DNA of 63,493 nucleotides, filler included, from Octopus bimaculoides (GCF_001194135.2; 5 parts of 5 records of this genome joined end to end with filler, not necessarily neighbours in it); one strand, 5' to 3'. Positions 10,201-22,830 are shown, counted from the first letter of the whole stretch. Made by a program: numbers and translations. The notes: generated by a model not told the origin, from the letters alone.

Positions 10201-10859
10201 ATGAGTGTAGTCCGGATTTCTAGTGATATCCTTAAATCGTTTTGCGGCGACANNNNNNNNNNNNNNNNNNNNNNNNNNNNNNNNNNNNNNNNNNNNNNNN
10301 NNNNNNNNNNNNNNNNNNNNNNNNNNNNNNNNNNNNNNNNNNNNNNNNNNNNNNNNNNNNNNNNNNNNNNNNNNNNNNNNNNNNNNNNNNNNNNNNNNNN
10401 NNNNNNNNNNNNNNNNNNNNNNNNNNNNNNNNNNNNNNNNNNNNNNNNNNNNNGCAAGCTTTCTACCACTGTACTTGGATGGTCTGGTGTTGGCGCTATT
10501 TTTAGAGATGGAAGAGAGGGACCAAGTTAGCGCGGAGAAAATAGAAATCCGCTTGATGGAGGCCTTCGCAGAAGGAATGTTTGAGGCGTACGCTCGCCTG
10601 AGGAGAGCGAAGTGGACTGGCGAACAGGTCGACGTGTTTGCCAACGAACTTAGGAGGTTGGCTAGACTGGCTGGGTACGAGGGAGAATCGCTGGATCGAA
10701 CAGTAAAGTTGGCGTTTGTAACTGGGTTTCCTGACCACATGTCGGTCGAATTGCAGAAACTGCCTGACGTGAACGCCATGCCCATAGCGGATATAATAAC
10801 GAGGGCTCATATGTTAGTTTCGTGTTGTAGATCGACGCCGTTGGCAGCAACGGCAACAG
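10201..10859 (+). CDS. gag: Gypsy Gag (interrupted by an N-gap)
   Basis: MSVVRISSDILKSFCGD..ASFLPLYLDGLVLALFLEM..AFAEGMFEAYARL..GEQVDVFANELRRLARLAG..KLAFVTGFP. Confidence 0.8.
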
Positions 10860-10961
10860 NNNNNNNNNNNNNNNNNNNNNNNNNNNNNNNNNNNNNNNNN
10901 NNNNNNNNNNNNNNNNNNNNNNNNNNNNNNNNNNNNNNNNNNNNNNNNNNNNNNNNNNNGG

Positions 10962-11209
10962 GAAGAAGTTTGGGTAAAACCCCCAAATGCACGGTGCACA
11001 TCACAATGGTGGAAAGGAACTATAACCTCCTTCAATTCAAAGAACAACGTCTCAGTCGATGGTATGCCACGCAATGTTTTGGATGTGCGGAAGATTGTCA
11101 GTGCTTCAGAGGATGGAACCAGCTGCAGTGGGCAGGATGATGAAGACAGCAGCAGTAGGCAAGATGATGAAGGCAGCGCGCCAGGAACTCAGGCCAGTCC
11201 CGGGGTCGC
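10962..11209 (+). CDS. pol: Gypsy Pol C-terminus (integrase tail)
   Basis: EEVWVKPPNARCTSQWWKGTITSFNSKNNVSVDGMPRNVLDVR is open and resembles the post-integrase motif of this Gypsy group. Confidence 0.7.
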
Positions 11210-11759
11210 ANNNNNNNNNNNNNNNNNNNNNNNNNNNNNNNNNNNNNNNNNNNNNNNNNNNNNNNNNNNNNNNNNNNNNNNNNNNNNNNNNNNNNNNNNN
11301 NNNNNNNNNNNNNNNNNNNNNNNNNNNNNNNNNNNNNNNNNNNNNNNNNNNNNNNNNNNNNNNNNNNNNNNNNNNNNNNNNNNNNNNNNNNNNNNNNNNN
11401 NNNNNNNNNNNNNNNNNNNNNNNNNNNNNNNNNNNNNNNNNNNNNCTGTGATGAGCTGTGTGTTGCTGGTGGAGAGAGGTGAAGCAAACAGAAGTGAAGT
11501 CAGACCAGAAGGGCCAGACCGGAAGGGTCAGACCGGAAGTCGGCCACACGCGGTCGAAGGCCAGCACGTGGGTCAGTCAGAAAACAGACAGGTTACGAGA
11601 AAGACGTGTTTTGATCAAGAGCGATTGTGTACTCAGCTGCGGTCGACAAGGTAAGGTCCAACGTTTCATTCTGTCCTTTTGCTTCTTGTTGTCTTTTTCC
11701 TCCATCACACCACAGAAACAAAACCAAATCTGTTGTCTGGAATTGAACCACGTATCCCT

Positions 11760-12140
11760 TGCTTGCAAACAAATTGAATTTACATACTTCTCTTTCCTCG
11801 TTTAAATATAAATGTCCGCCTACTTTATCTCCATAGTCTGTGATATAAGAAATTCAGCCATAACTTGACTTTCCTACAGCTAAGTCTAACGTGTCCAGAT
11901 GCCATGACTGCGTTCTTCATGTTTAGTTACTGCATGTCAGAATATACAGTATGTTCTTCAAGTTTATTGCGTTTGTGTCTCTATACGTTTAACATGTCCA
12001 ACTGCAATACTTCACCTATTGTGATAAACCATTACACGCCAGTGTGCGCCGTATAGTCCTCAACGTAACTGACTTCAGATCTGTTTACTCTTTACGTGAT
12101 CATACTGCGACACTGAATCCTTGATGATTAATCACCTCCT
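11760..12140 (-). mobile_element. Degenerate CR1-like LINE 3' fragment
   Basis: Fragmentary GGHLYL..W-N-P-like translation across frameshifts. Confidence 0.3.
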
Positions 12141-12257
12141 GTCAAAATGTACAATAAAGAGATACAGCTATTTTCGGTAAAGATGCTGGGGGAAAAGCAT
12201 ACAGAATTAGATTGATCAATCGAGATAGATAGATAGATAGATAGATAGACAGAGACG

Positions 12258-12299
<42 letters not shown>

Positions 12300-12491
12300 C
12301 AGAGACAGATAGATAGATAAAGAGAGAGAGAGAAAATACAAGGTAGCTAGACTACAACAAAGCACCATATGCGACTGACCACTGCATGGTGGAAAGCATT
12401 GTATAGTCCTTAGCTTGAGAGAGTTAAGGTATGACTATCGATCGATAACCCACGAGCTACAAATTTGCCTGATCAGAGCTGACCAAAGGGC

Positions 12492-12537
<46 letters not shown>

Positions 12538-12547
12538 NNNNNNNNNN

Positions 12548-12590
<43 letters not shown>

Positions 12591-13329
12591 AGGAAAACTG
12601 ACTTCACTGAACAACGATCTGGTCTCAACTATCGTACAACTACTTGAATGAGTGAACGACGTAAAATGATAAATTTGTTGGAAGGATGTAATTTCTTAAT
12701 AGTTTTAGCCACGATTCTCATTATTTCTGTTACTCGTATCGACTATAATATTAAAGAATTAGAATCAGAATTAACCGTGTTTTGTTTTTGACCCCAATGC
12801 AACCAGGCTGTTTTCATGTCCGGCCAGTGATATTTCATTTCCGATAATGCAGTTGCGTTAATCAGAAATTGTCGGACATATCGTCAAACTCCAGTCTTTC
12901 CGGCTGCTCATTCATCTATGACAAAAGTATCGACTTCATAGAAATAGATTCAGACAACCTACGTGTAGAGTGTACAGAAGAACGTAACGTAACGTGTAAT
13001 AACTCGTCCTTTTGTAGTTGTGTAAGAAGCTTTCTCTTTTACTTCTCCCCACCATCATATTAACTTTGTCTCTGTCAATGTCAAACAGTTCAAAATAACT
13101 ATATCTCGAATGATAAACATCGTTAGATAATTGGGTAAATTAATCAAGCAATATTTAGTTACGTTCTGAGTTCATATCCTGCAGAGGCGAACTTTTTCTT
13201 TCCAGGGTTAATAAAATATAGTACTGGAATCGATGTAGTCGGCTGTAGCTCTCTGCAAAATTTGAAACCTTAAGAATCAATATCCTTTTTAATAGAAATT
13301 ATTCTCATCTATACGAGACAGAAGCTTGG

Positions 13330-13640
13330 ACTATGTAGTTAGCAATGGAGGAGATGATATATGGCTGAGGTGTGGATATTTCTCAGATTGGACAGAATAA
13401 ACAGGAAAGAGAGGCTAACCAAAGCTACAGTACTAGAACAGCTGAAAGTCCAAAGTCACCTGCTGTCGAGAAAGAATACTATCACATTCTGGACTTACAA
13501 TGCATCATGAATCATTGCCCAAGACCGTCCTGGCAAAAAGAGTGGAGAGAAAGAGACGTTCAGAAACGTTTGTGAACAGACGACACCAAAAGATGGACTG
13601 GAAGCAAGAACCTGGCTGATCGAACACAGGGAGGGTAATT
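13330..13640 (+). mobile_element. Degenerate RTE-clade LINE C-terminal fragment
   Basis: Pieces RLTKATVLEQL..RKNTITFWTY..HESLPKTVLAKRVERKRR match the RTE GH..R..L.K.iL.G...G.R.RGR pattern with frameshifts. Confidence 0.5.
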
Positions 13641-13774
13641 AGCTGATGACTCTTAATAAGGCAATGTGCATTTAGCAATAAAAGGGGCTTCGACCAACTA
13701 CTTAAGGGTTAAGGGTCATAAACAAAAAGGGAACTAATCTAATGGGAAACTGCCTAAAAACCAGAAGCCTGTCG

Positions 13775-13972
13775 TGTGTGTGTGTGTCTGTCACCTCCAC
13801 CACTTAATGGTTTGGGCTTGTTTATCTCCTTGTAACTTAGCGGCGTAGCATAAGAGAACGTTAGAATAAGTACCAGATTTAAAAAGACATAAGAATAGGT
13901 GTCGATTTGTTCGACTAAAGCACTTCAAGGTGATGCTCCAGCATGGCAGCAGTCCAATGATTGAAACAAGAG

Positions 13973-13975
<3 letters not shown>
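13775..13975 (+). mobile_element. SINE family A, 3' part
   Basis: TTAGCGG..GATAAGTACC..GATTTGTTCGACTAAAG..GCTCCAGCATGGCAGCAGTCC. Confidence 0.7.
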
Positions 13976-14014
<39 letters not shown>

Positions 14015-15439
14015 NNNNNNNNNNNNNNNNNNNNNNNNNNNNNNNNNNNNNNNNNNNNNNNNNNNNNNNNNNNNNNNNNNNNNNNNNNNNNNNNNNNNNN
14101 NNNNNNNNNNNNNNNNNNNNNNNNNNNNNNNNNNNNNNNNNNNNNNNNNNNNNNNNNNNNNNNNNNNNNNNNNNNNNNNNNNNNNNNNNNNNNNNNNNNN
14201 NNNNNNNNNNNNNNNNNNNNNNNNNNNNNNNNNNNNNNNNNNNNNNNNNNNNNNNNNNNNNNNNNNNNNNNNNNNNNNNNNNNNNNNNNNNNNNNNNNNN
14301 NNNNNNNNNNNNNNNNNNNNNNNNNNNNNNNNNNNNNNNNNNNNNNNNNNNNNNNNNNNNNNNNNNNNNNNNNNNNNNNNNNNNNNNNNNNNNNNNNNNN
14401 NNNNNNNNNNNNNNNNNNNNNNNNNNNNNNNNNNNNNNNNNNNNNNNNNNNNNNNNNNNNNNNNNNNCTTTTGTTAAACACAATATTGTAATCAATTAGA
14501 AATATTTTTTAAGTGAATGTGATTTCAAAAATGTAAGTTGTTTGTACAGTAAGTATTTATATTTTAGCTTTCTTTAAACAAACAATATTTTAATGTTTTA
14601 TTAAATTATTTCCAAGTAAATACCATTACAAAATCATTTTTTGGAATATTTTTTAAATATTTTAAAGTGAAAATGGCTTTAAAAATACGATAAATATTTC
14701 GTAAAAGACCCGTTCGTAACCGCGGTGTGAATAATTTTGTCCATGGGATTTTTTCCGAGTGCATTCATTGTATCTCACCTCCAAAGATTTGGCTGCTATT
14801 TCTAGCTTGCTCTGCTATCACGTAACAGCTATTTGTGATAAAGGACCCGAAATACCTGTTATGTGGAAGCAAGGCATGCAAAAAATAGCAGCCGAATCTT
14901 TCCTTTTCACGTTTACGCGTGATTTCGATGTCACATTCGTTGAAAGCATGCGAAATAACCCGGAAAAGAAAAAAAAAACACGAAACAAAACTCCGTTGCT
15001 GGGAATCTCAAAGCTTCCCAGTGACCAAACGAGTCACGGGTAGTTCAGTATATACACAATTTTTTAAAAATATAGTCCCTCCACAAGAAATTTTATCTCA
15101 CACAAAAACCGTAGTAACTTGCCTATCAACAGTATATACATTAAATATGATACGTGGATGGCTATTTTAATTGAATACCGCTTCATTTAATAATAAAAAT
15201 AATAACATATAAATGAGGCACGAATATAAGGGGTACGAACTTTGAAACTAAGAAACACGAACTTAGCTACTGACTACAAGAAGGTTCGCGATAATGTTCC
15301 ACTCTGCTGACTCTCGGAGTACCTGAGGCCACCCGGGTTCTATGACAAAGCAAATAAGCTTTTCTCTTCTTTTTTTTTTTTAGAAAAAGCAATGAGAGTG
15401 TGAGAGGTAGAACTAACATGCACAAATAAATCGTTAGGA

Positions 15440-15945
15440 AACGTGAAAATATGCAAGGCTATATTTCAAGGAGACTAGCTCTCACTACTACTTTTCGTCA
15501 ATTTGTTAATCTTTCTGACAAGCATACAGAAAAAATCCAGGTTCGCTTAAGAGTTTGCCAAAACCAGGGTGAAAATAATCATCTGCTATATACGAATGAC
15601 CTCAAACTGTATACAAAATGTGAAAAAAGACCTGGATTCTCTAATTCAAATAGTAAGAGAATTCAGTGGGGATATTGGAATGCGACTTGAGGTAAATAAG
15701 TGCGTCGTGCTAATTATGGAAGGAGGCTGAAAGATAAATTCTGATGTATAAAATTACCACAAGAATTCATTAGATCGCTGCGAAAAAATGAAGGATACAA
15801 GTATTTAGGGATGCCGGCAAGACAATAGGATAGTGGAAGGAGAAATGTGAGAGAAAATTTCCAAAGAGTGCAAGAGAACAGCTAGGAAGGTGCATGAAAC
15901 AAAATTAAAAGGACAGAACATTATCAAAGCAATAAATACACAGCT
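15440..15945 (+). pseudogene. R4/Dong-like LINE reverse transcriptase fragment
   Basis: GYISRRL (from GIFQGDSL)..NHLLYTNDLKLY (YMDD)..DLDSLIQIVREFSGDIGM..EGYKYLGM..KLKGQNIIKAINT, with frameshifts. Confidence 0.8.
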
Positions 15946-18094
15946 ATGTCAACATCAAAATACTCTACCGAAACGCTAAGTTACGGGGACATAAACACAC
16001 CAGCATCGGTTGTCAAGCGATGCTGGAGATACAGCCACAGATGCACAAACACACATACAGACACACACAATACTAGTAATGATAATGACAATAATAATGA
16101 TGAGAGTACCAGGAAGTGGTTCTCATGGCTTCTGATCTTAACCGATTGAAAGTGTTATCATACACATGTTCTGTCTTGGTGTAAAAAGGGACGACAGTGA
16201 ATATACTGCTCAATACCACAGATTTGCTTAAAAGCAGTTTTCAAACTGATATTTTAGAGCTTGTTATTCACTGTTTAAATAGGGAGTGTTTAAGTACAAA
16301 CATACACACATACAAACGTGTATGTGTGTGTACTGTGAACACATATATATAATGCCCTAAAAAATGCATACAGTCATTGAATGAAAGTCAATTTATTAAA
16401 ATTCATTTTATTCTCAAAATTTTATTGAATCTACAGGATTTAAATTTGTTTTATGAACGTCTGTTTTCAAACTGATGAAAAATTTACCTCAAAATTACAC
16501 AAACGTTGAATTTTCCTGTTATTGAGTTCAATATAATTATTAATCAAAGTTAATAGCAAGGAACTCCCTTGGTTTTTAAAGTGTTTTATGTTGGTGCATA
16601 AAATTCCCTGATTTATCATGCAGCAGATTGCGTGTTTTTATGCATGCATAAAACGAGCAAAGAGATTGTTGCATGGGTGCAGCATTGTCGATTTTATGCA
16701 TGCATAAAACGAGCAAAGTTAACATTAAAACATTCGCGAGCAAATTAAGTATTTAAAAGCTGCGAACAAACCAACAGGAGTTGCTAAAAATAACAGTCAA
16801 AACATTGTTAAAAACAGGCATTTATTAGTTTTAAAAATTCAAGAACGAAAGTTTGCAATACACTCTAGGGTTTTATAAAATAAATTATCTTTCTCGTATC
16901 TCTTTCTCCACATAGGAAAGGTTTAAAGCTGTGGCCATCATCCTAGAATCGAATTCCTTCTGCTATGAAAAATTATAGAATAAGTGGGGGTTAACACTCC
17001 TTGGGCGCATGTGCAGCATCTTTGGTTTCTATGGAAACAGAGTTCTTCGCAGTCAGTTTTGCAACGCAGTGCTTCTTTGCTTTGGTTACAATGGAAACAG
17101 AGTTCTTCTTCACGNNNNNNNNNNNNNNNNNNNNNNNNNNNNNNNNNNNNNNNNNNNNNNNNNNNNNNNNNNNNNNNNNNNNNNNNNNNNNNNNNNNNNN
17201 NNNNNNNNNNNNNNNNNNNNNNNNNNNNNNNNNNNNNNNNNNNNNNNNNNNNNNNNNNNNNNNNNNNNNNNNNNNNNNNNNNNNNNNNNNNNNNNNNNNN
17301 NNNNNNNNNNNNNNNNNNNNNNNNNNNNNNNNNNNNNNNNNNNNNNNNNNNNNNNNNNNNNNNNNNNNNNNNNNNNNNNNNNNNNNNNNNNNNNNNNNNN
17401 NNNNNNNNNNNNNNNNNNNNNNNNNNNNNNNNNNNNNNNNNNNNNNNNNNNNNNNNNNNNNNNNNNNNNNNNNNNNNNNNNNNNNNNNNNNNNNNNNNNN
17501 NNNNNNNNNNNNNNNNNNNNNNNNNNNNNNNNNNNNNNNNNNNNNNNNNNNNNNNNNNNNNNNNNNNNNNNNNNNNNNNNNNNNNNNNNNNNNNNNNNNN
17601 NNNNNNNNNNNNNNNNNNNNNNNNNNNNNNNNNNNNNNNNNNNNNNNNNNNNNNNNNNNNNNNNNNNNNNNNNNNNNNNNNNNNNNNNNNNNNNNNNNNN
17701 NNNNNNNNNNNNNNNNNNNNNNNNNNNNNNNNNNNNNNNNNNNNNNNNNNNNNNNNNNNNNNNNNNNNNNNNNNNNNNNNNNNNNNNNNNNNNNNNNNNN
17801 NNNNNNNNNNNNNNNNNNNNNNNNNNNNNNNNNNNNNNNNNNNNNNNNNNNNNNNNNNNNNNNNNNNNNNNNNNNNNNNNNNNNNNNNNNNNNNNNNNNN
17901 NNNNNNNNNNNNNNNNNNNNNNNNNNNNNNNNNNNNNNNNNNNNNNNNNNNNNNNNNNNNNNNNNNNNNNNNNNNNNNNNNNNNNNNNNNNNNNNNNNNN
18001 NNNNNNNNNNNNNNNNNNNNNNNNNNNNNNNNNNNNNNNNNNNNNNNNNNNNNNNNNNNNNNNNNNNNNNNNNNNNNNNNNNNNNNNNNNNNNN

Positions 18095-18129
<35 letters not shown>

Positions 18130-18131
<2 letters not shown>

Positions 18132-18660
18132 ACGTGTACAACAAAAAAGTACGAAGCACGAGTACATGGAACATGAACTATTCTTTCGAACAACGAAAGA
18201 CACAAATGGAAAACAAGACAAACGCCATAAAGAATGATCCTTCATCAGTTGTTGGTTGTTTTTCTAGTTTCGAAGTTCACGCAATTAACAACAATATATG
18301 CTTTCGATAAAACAGTTGCTCCCGCAAAGCAAATTGAATAAAATTTGAGATTTTGCGGAGGGTCAAAATAGGTAACAAACAGTACAGTGAAAACAAACAG
18401 GACAGTGAAAACAAACAGGAAGGGCTGCTAAGCCTGAATGAGGTTGTTGTGGCGAACGCATGAGTCAAGCTAGGATAGTAGACAAACAAGAACACGTCTT
18501 CCTTGTTCCAGCTACAACAGAGAGAAAGAAAGAAAGATGGCCGATGGTCACGTGGGAGCCACGTGAGCAAGGGAGGCGGAGTGAGGGAGAGCAAGTGACA
18601 GAGTAATAGCATAGAATAGTGGGAGAAGAGGAGGAAAAAGAATAAGAGAGAGAAAAAGAG
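18130..18660 (-). mobile_element. Dispersed repeat, possibly a Penelope-like terminal repeat
   Basis: Purine-rich GGTCACGTGGGAG segment similar to 60240; CTGATGAAGG and CGAAAC motifs on the minus strand; no protein evidence. Confidence 0.3.
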
Positions 18661-19125
18661 AGAAAAACGAAAGAGTAAAAAGATCGTATAGAGTTATGCC
18701 CTCATATGCATATATATATATATATACGTATAGATATAAGTATGTATATATGCATATATATATANNNNNNNNNNNNNNNNNNNNNNNNNNNNNNNNNNNN
18801 NNNNNNNNNNNNNNNNNNNNNNNNNNNNNNNNNNNNNNNNNNNNNNNNNNNNNNNNNNNNNNNNNNNNNNNNNNNNNNNNNNNNNNNNNNNNNNNNNNNN
18901 NNNNNNNNNNNNNNNNNNNNNNNNNNNNNNNNNNNNNNNNNNNNNNNNNNNNNNNNNNNNNNNNNNNNNNNNNNNNNNNNNNNNNNNNNNNNNNNNNNNN
19001 NNNNNNNNNNNNNNNNNNNNNNNNNNNNNNNNNNNNNNNNNNNNNNNNNNNNNNNNNNNNNNNNNNNNNNNNNNNNNNNNNNNNNNNNNNNNNNNNNNNN
19101 NNNNNNNNNNNNNTATATATATGTA

Positions 19126-20016
19126 CGAAGTGGTATCGAAAAGTTCCCGGACTAGTTATGTCTTATGAAAAATAACTTATTTACCTAAGTTTTAACATCA
19201 TCTCCTTCAAAATAGCCACCTTGCGCACCAATTCACCGGTCCCAGCTTTCCTACTACTTTCGGAATCTTGTCTGGAAGTCATTTTCCATAAGCGAGTCGA
19301 GGACTTTCTGCAATTCACTCTTGATTTCAATAACGGTATTAAAACAGCGACCTTTGAGCCGCATTTTCATCTTGGGGTAAAAGACGGAAGTCCGCAGGTG
19401 TTATATCTGGTGAATAGGGCCGGTGCAGAAGCGATACCATTTTGTTTTTGACAAGAAACTCACGAGTGGGGAGAACTCAATGAATAATCCAAATTTTGGC
19501 GTTCCAGAGATTAGGTCGCTTTCGCCGAATGTCATTCCTCAAACGCTTCAAAATGTCACAAGAGAACTCTCGATTGACGGACTGGCCCAGGGGGAAGAAT
19601 TCTCGATGCACAATACTACAGTTGTCGCAAAAAACAAAAAGACGATTAGCATGATCTTAATTGAGCTGCCATTCTGTCGTCCGCTTTTGAAGCGTCCGTG
19701 CCACTCGAAACATTGCGTATGACCCATTGCCTCGTCGTCGAAAGCTTGCTGAAACAGACTCAATGTCTCTGTTGCTGACTTCCCAAGTTTAACGCAAATT
19801 TACGTTGGCTCTTTGTTCCGATCCATGACAAAATCGCAGACAACAGCCTATAAGTGATCACAAAGACATAAGTTTCACAACTTGCGAAGCAAACACAGCG
19901 ATGTCACTCGGCACACTGCCTCACGAAGGTCACTGCTAGCTCTCACTGAGCACGCAACCGTGTGCTGCCATCTGTTGGCGCGCTACAGAACTAGTCCGGG
20001 AACCTTTCGATACGGC

Positions 20017-20020
<4 letters not shown>
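19126..20020 (-). mobile_element. Internally deleted mariner transposon
   Basis: 32-bp TIRs with 4 mismatches, TA on both sides; QAFDDEAMGHTQCFEWHGRFKSGR joined directly to KIMLIVF; HRPYSPDI and GYFEGD remnants. Confidence 0.9.
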
Positions 20021-20047
<27 letters not shown>

Positions 20048-20589
20048 GGGCATTATTATACATGAATGCCTCACGCTAAGAGGGACTCTAAGGTCAAACT
20101 ACCATAATAAACACATTTTTACCGAACGCGAGGAAATGCAACCCTTAAAAACAGACTAAATTATAGATCATGATTTCGTAGTTATTGCNNNNNNNNNNNN
20201 NNNNNNNNNNNNNNNNNNNNNNNNNNNNNNNNNNNNNNNNNNNNNNNNNNNNNNNNNNNNNNNNNNNNNNNNNNNNNNNNNNNNNNNNNNNNNNNNNNNN
20301 NNNNNNNNNNNNNNNNNNNNNNNNNNNNNNNNNNNNNNNNNNNNNNNNNNNNNNNNNNNNNNNNNNNNNNNNNNNNNNNNNNNNNNNNNNNNNNNNNNNN
20401 NNNNNNNNNNNNNNNNNNNNNNNNNNNNNNNNNNNNNNNNNNNNNNNNNNNNNNNNNNNNNNNNNNNNNNNNNNNNNNNNNNNNNNNNNNNNNNNNNNNN
20501 NNNNNNNNNNNNNNNNNNNNNNNNNNNNNNNNNNNNNNNNNNNNNNNNNNNNNNNNNNNNNNNNNNNNNNNNNNNNNNNNNNNNTATAT

Positions 20590-21050
20590 ATAGGGAGAAT
20601 TCACAAAGAAACAACAGACGAAGACAGGTGGTGTAAACAACAAATAGATGTATTAGTATAACGCTCGGGAATTGAAAATGTTTTAACTTTTCGAGCCTAC
20701 GCTCTTCCACAGAAAGGAATCCAGAAAGAAACAAGGAGAGAAAAAAATGTGTGTAGTGGTCAGCGATCTATCATGGCGAATGCCGGACAGAAGGTTCACA
20801 CAGGAGAGCTAAGAAGAAGGGGTGATAACAAAGTAGTAGTGATCCCCAAACGAAGGTGCGTGTGTGTAAGAGAATGCTGGTGATCTTAACGTATGCATGT
20901 GTGTATGTAGGTGTGAAAATTTGGGGATGAGAATTGGTCAGTGCTGGTGTGTGCGTGGTGGTGTGTTGTGATGTGATGTATTGTGTGGTATGGTGTAGCG
21001 TGGTGTGGTATGATGGTGTTGGGAGGTGGGGGAAGTGGTGTGTGTGTAGT
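20590..21050 (-). mobile_element. Penelope-like terminal repeat fragment
   Basis: CTGTGGAAGAGCGTAGGCTCGAAA motif followed by a pLTR-like 3' end; no ORF seen. Confidence 0.4.
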
Positions 21051-22199
21051 TATATATTTCACACTTATTTATTCATATGTCATTAGAAAATTCAGCATCA
21101 AAATATATCTCCGTGTCCTTTTTAGTGAATAGATTTATATTTATCTCCTTAAAATAAATTAGATTAAATGCCAAAGGATGAGATGAAATACAAATTGTAT
21201 GTTTCTCAACTCAGTATGAGATTCTTCACAATATTTTTGCCTTTTGTAGGAAGAATTTTGTGCCATTCTGAGTGACTGACAATCTCTTTCTGTTTTTTCT
21301 TTGCGATAATTTCTTCGTGATAAATATGTAAACAATTGGAAAGTACGGAAATAACTCGGCTGAACGAATATAATTTTAACGTTCAGTTTTATTGCTACGT
21401 GAAATACAATAATGGATTTAGTTTGCTTAACCAAAATAACCCAAATAATAGAGAAGTTGTACCGATCAAATTTTTACCGTATTTACTCGAGTGTAAGTCG
21501 TACTATTCTATATTTGGTTTCAGTTGAAAAACTGGTGTGCGACTTTGGAGCAAAGCTAGAATTATGAACTGCTCTTTATAAACCATTAAGCAAAATGAGC
21601 GTGTGCTTGGGTGATCAAGGGAAGGGGCACTATAGAAATGGTAAATGGTTTACAGCACAAAAGTAATCACTTTAAACTTGTTAAAATAATATTCAAAGTC
21701 TCTTAAATGATTGGAAGTATAATTTCGAAGAGTCATGTGGTTGTATACAAAGATAAATATTATTTTCCATCTTCCTTATTAGTTTTGTTTCATTTTGAAG
21801 GACGCGTGGATTTTAAACCGACTCTGACTATGAATGGAAAAAATTATATTCCAGCGTTTAATACTAAACATGCACCCTCCCCCTCACACACATACACAAA
21901 ATCTTTAAGAAAATGACACCGTGTTCTACACGTGATGTGGGGCTTCTCTTAAGCTATAATCCACAAAGAACTTTTTTTTACTGAATATGCGCTACTGAAC
22001 TACGAGTGCATCTTTTATGCCATCAAATGGTACGTTCTAGCAGATTCGAATGCGAATATGCTAATTGCCGTTATGTTTCGTCTTCTTCTTCCTTCAGCCT
22101 TGTGGTTTTCAGGGGATTCTATGGAAGTCCGTATAAGATTTTGCTGTTAAAGTTTTTGCGTGCAATAGATTGGTTATACTTCTACAATACACAAAATAT

Positions 22200-22450
22200 T
22201 TTAACAATTTTTTTTAATAAAATTTCTAATAATACTGTAGCTACGCCACCTAGCAAAACTAATGCTTTTTGTCACCTCTTTTTCATTTGATTAAATCTCA
22301 AGATCGGAAAGCCTCGTCTGCTCTAAGGTAGATGGATCGCCAATAGTTCTTTATGCGGTTCAGCTTTGTAACGCTTCTCTCACAAGAATCCATGAACAGA
22401 TTATCAGGAATATCTTTAGGTTTAATGAAATTGTAAGGGGAAGACTGGGG
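22200..22450 (-). pseudogene. hAT transposase dimerization-domain remnant
   Basis: SCERSVTKLNRIKNYWR then, after a frameshift, STLEQTRLSDLEI*SNEK; matches hAT SCERSFSKLKLIKNYLRSTM.Q.RLSDLAILSIE. Confidence 0.7.
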
Positions 22451-22644
22451 AAACATGAAAGAAAAAAGACAGCGAAAGCTACAGAAAAACAAAAAGAAAA
22501 AACAGAAAGATAGATGATAATGGTTAAAAGGTGGCCGTCCTATTCAGCTTTGAATTTCAAACCGTCTAATCCAAGAGTCTGCTAAGTGGTCAATATTATC
22601 CCCTATCCGGGGGTTAGGGGTTTATGTGGATATTCAAGAAGATG

Positions 22645-22830
22645 GTAAACACCTGAAACGTCCCCGTAACATAGCGACTTGGGAAAAAGAGACCGATAGA
22701 ATAAGTACCTGACTTTAAAAATATGTATATTCTGGGGTCCGTTTGTTCGACTAAACTCATCAAGGCTGTGCTCCAGCATGGCCGCAGTCCAACGGCTGAA
22801 GCAAGTTTAAGATATAAGATAAGGTTGTAT
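22645..22830 (+). mobile_element. SINE family A, 3' part
   Basis: ACGTCCCCGTAAC..AAAGAGACCGATAGAATAAGTAC..GCTCCAGCATGGCCGCAGTC. Confidence 0.75.

Larger units (their letters stand above)
9882..11714 (+). mobile_element. Ty3/Gypsy LTR retrotransposon, young, partly unassembled
   Basis: 5' LTR 9882-10164 (TGTGGTG..CACCACA); 3' LTR ends at 11714; 5-bp TSD GAAAC (9877-81 and 11715-19); 8 differences over 269 aligned LTR bases; gag and integrase C-terminal sequence inside. Confidence 0.95.

Noticed and set aside
12660-13063. Protein-looking short frames on both strands
   Set aside because: All candidate acceptors give early stops and no homology was recognised.
16581-17114. CRISPR-like repeat-spacer pattern
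   Set aside because: Only two or three units in a eukaryotic context with no cas genes.
18230-18280. CTGATGA and GAAAC on the minus strand as a permuted hammerhead
   Set aside because: No GUH cleavage triplet or closing stems could be formed.
22298-22447. Apparent minus-strand terminal exon with a strong acceptor (SSPYNFIKPK..AFRS*)
   Set aside because: The hAT dimerization motif continues in another frame (STLEQTRLSDL), so it is a transposase remnant.
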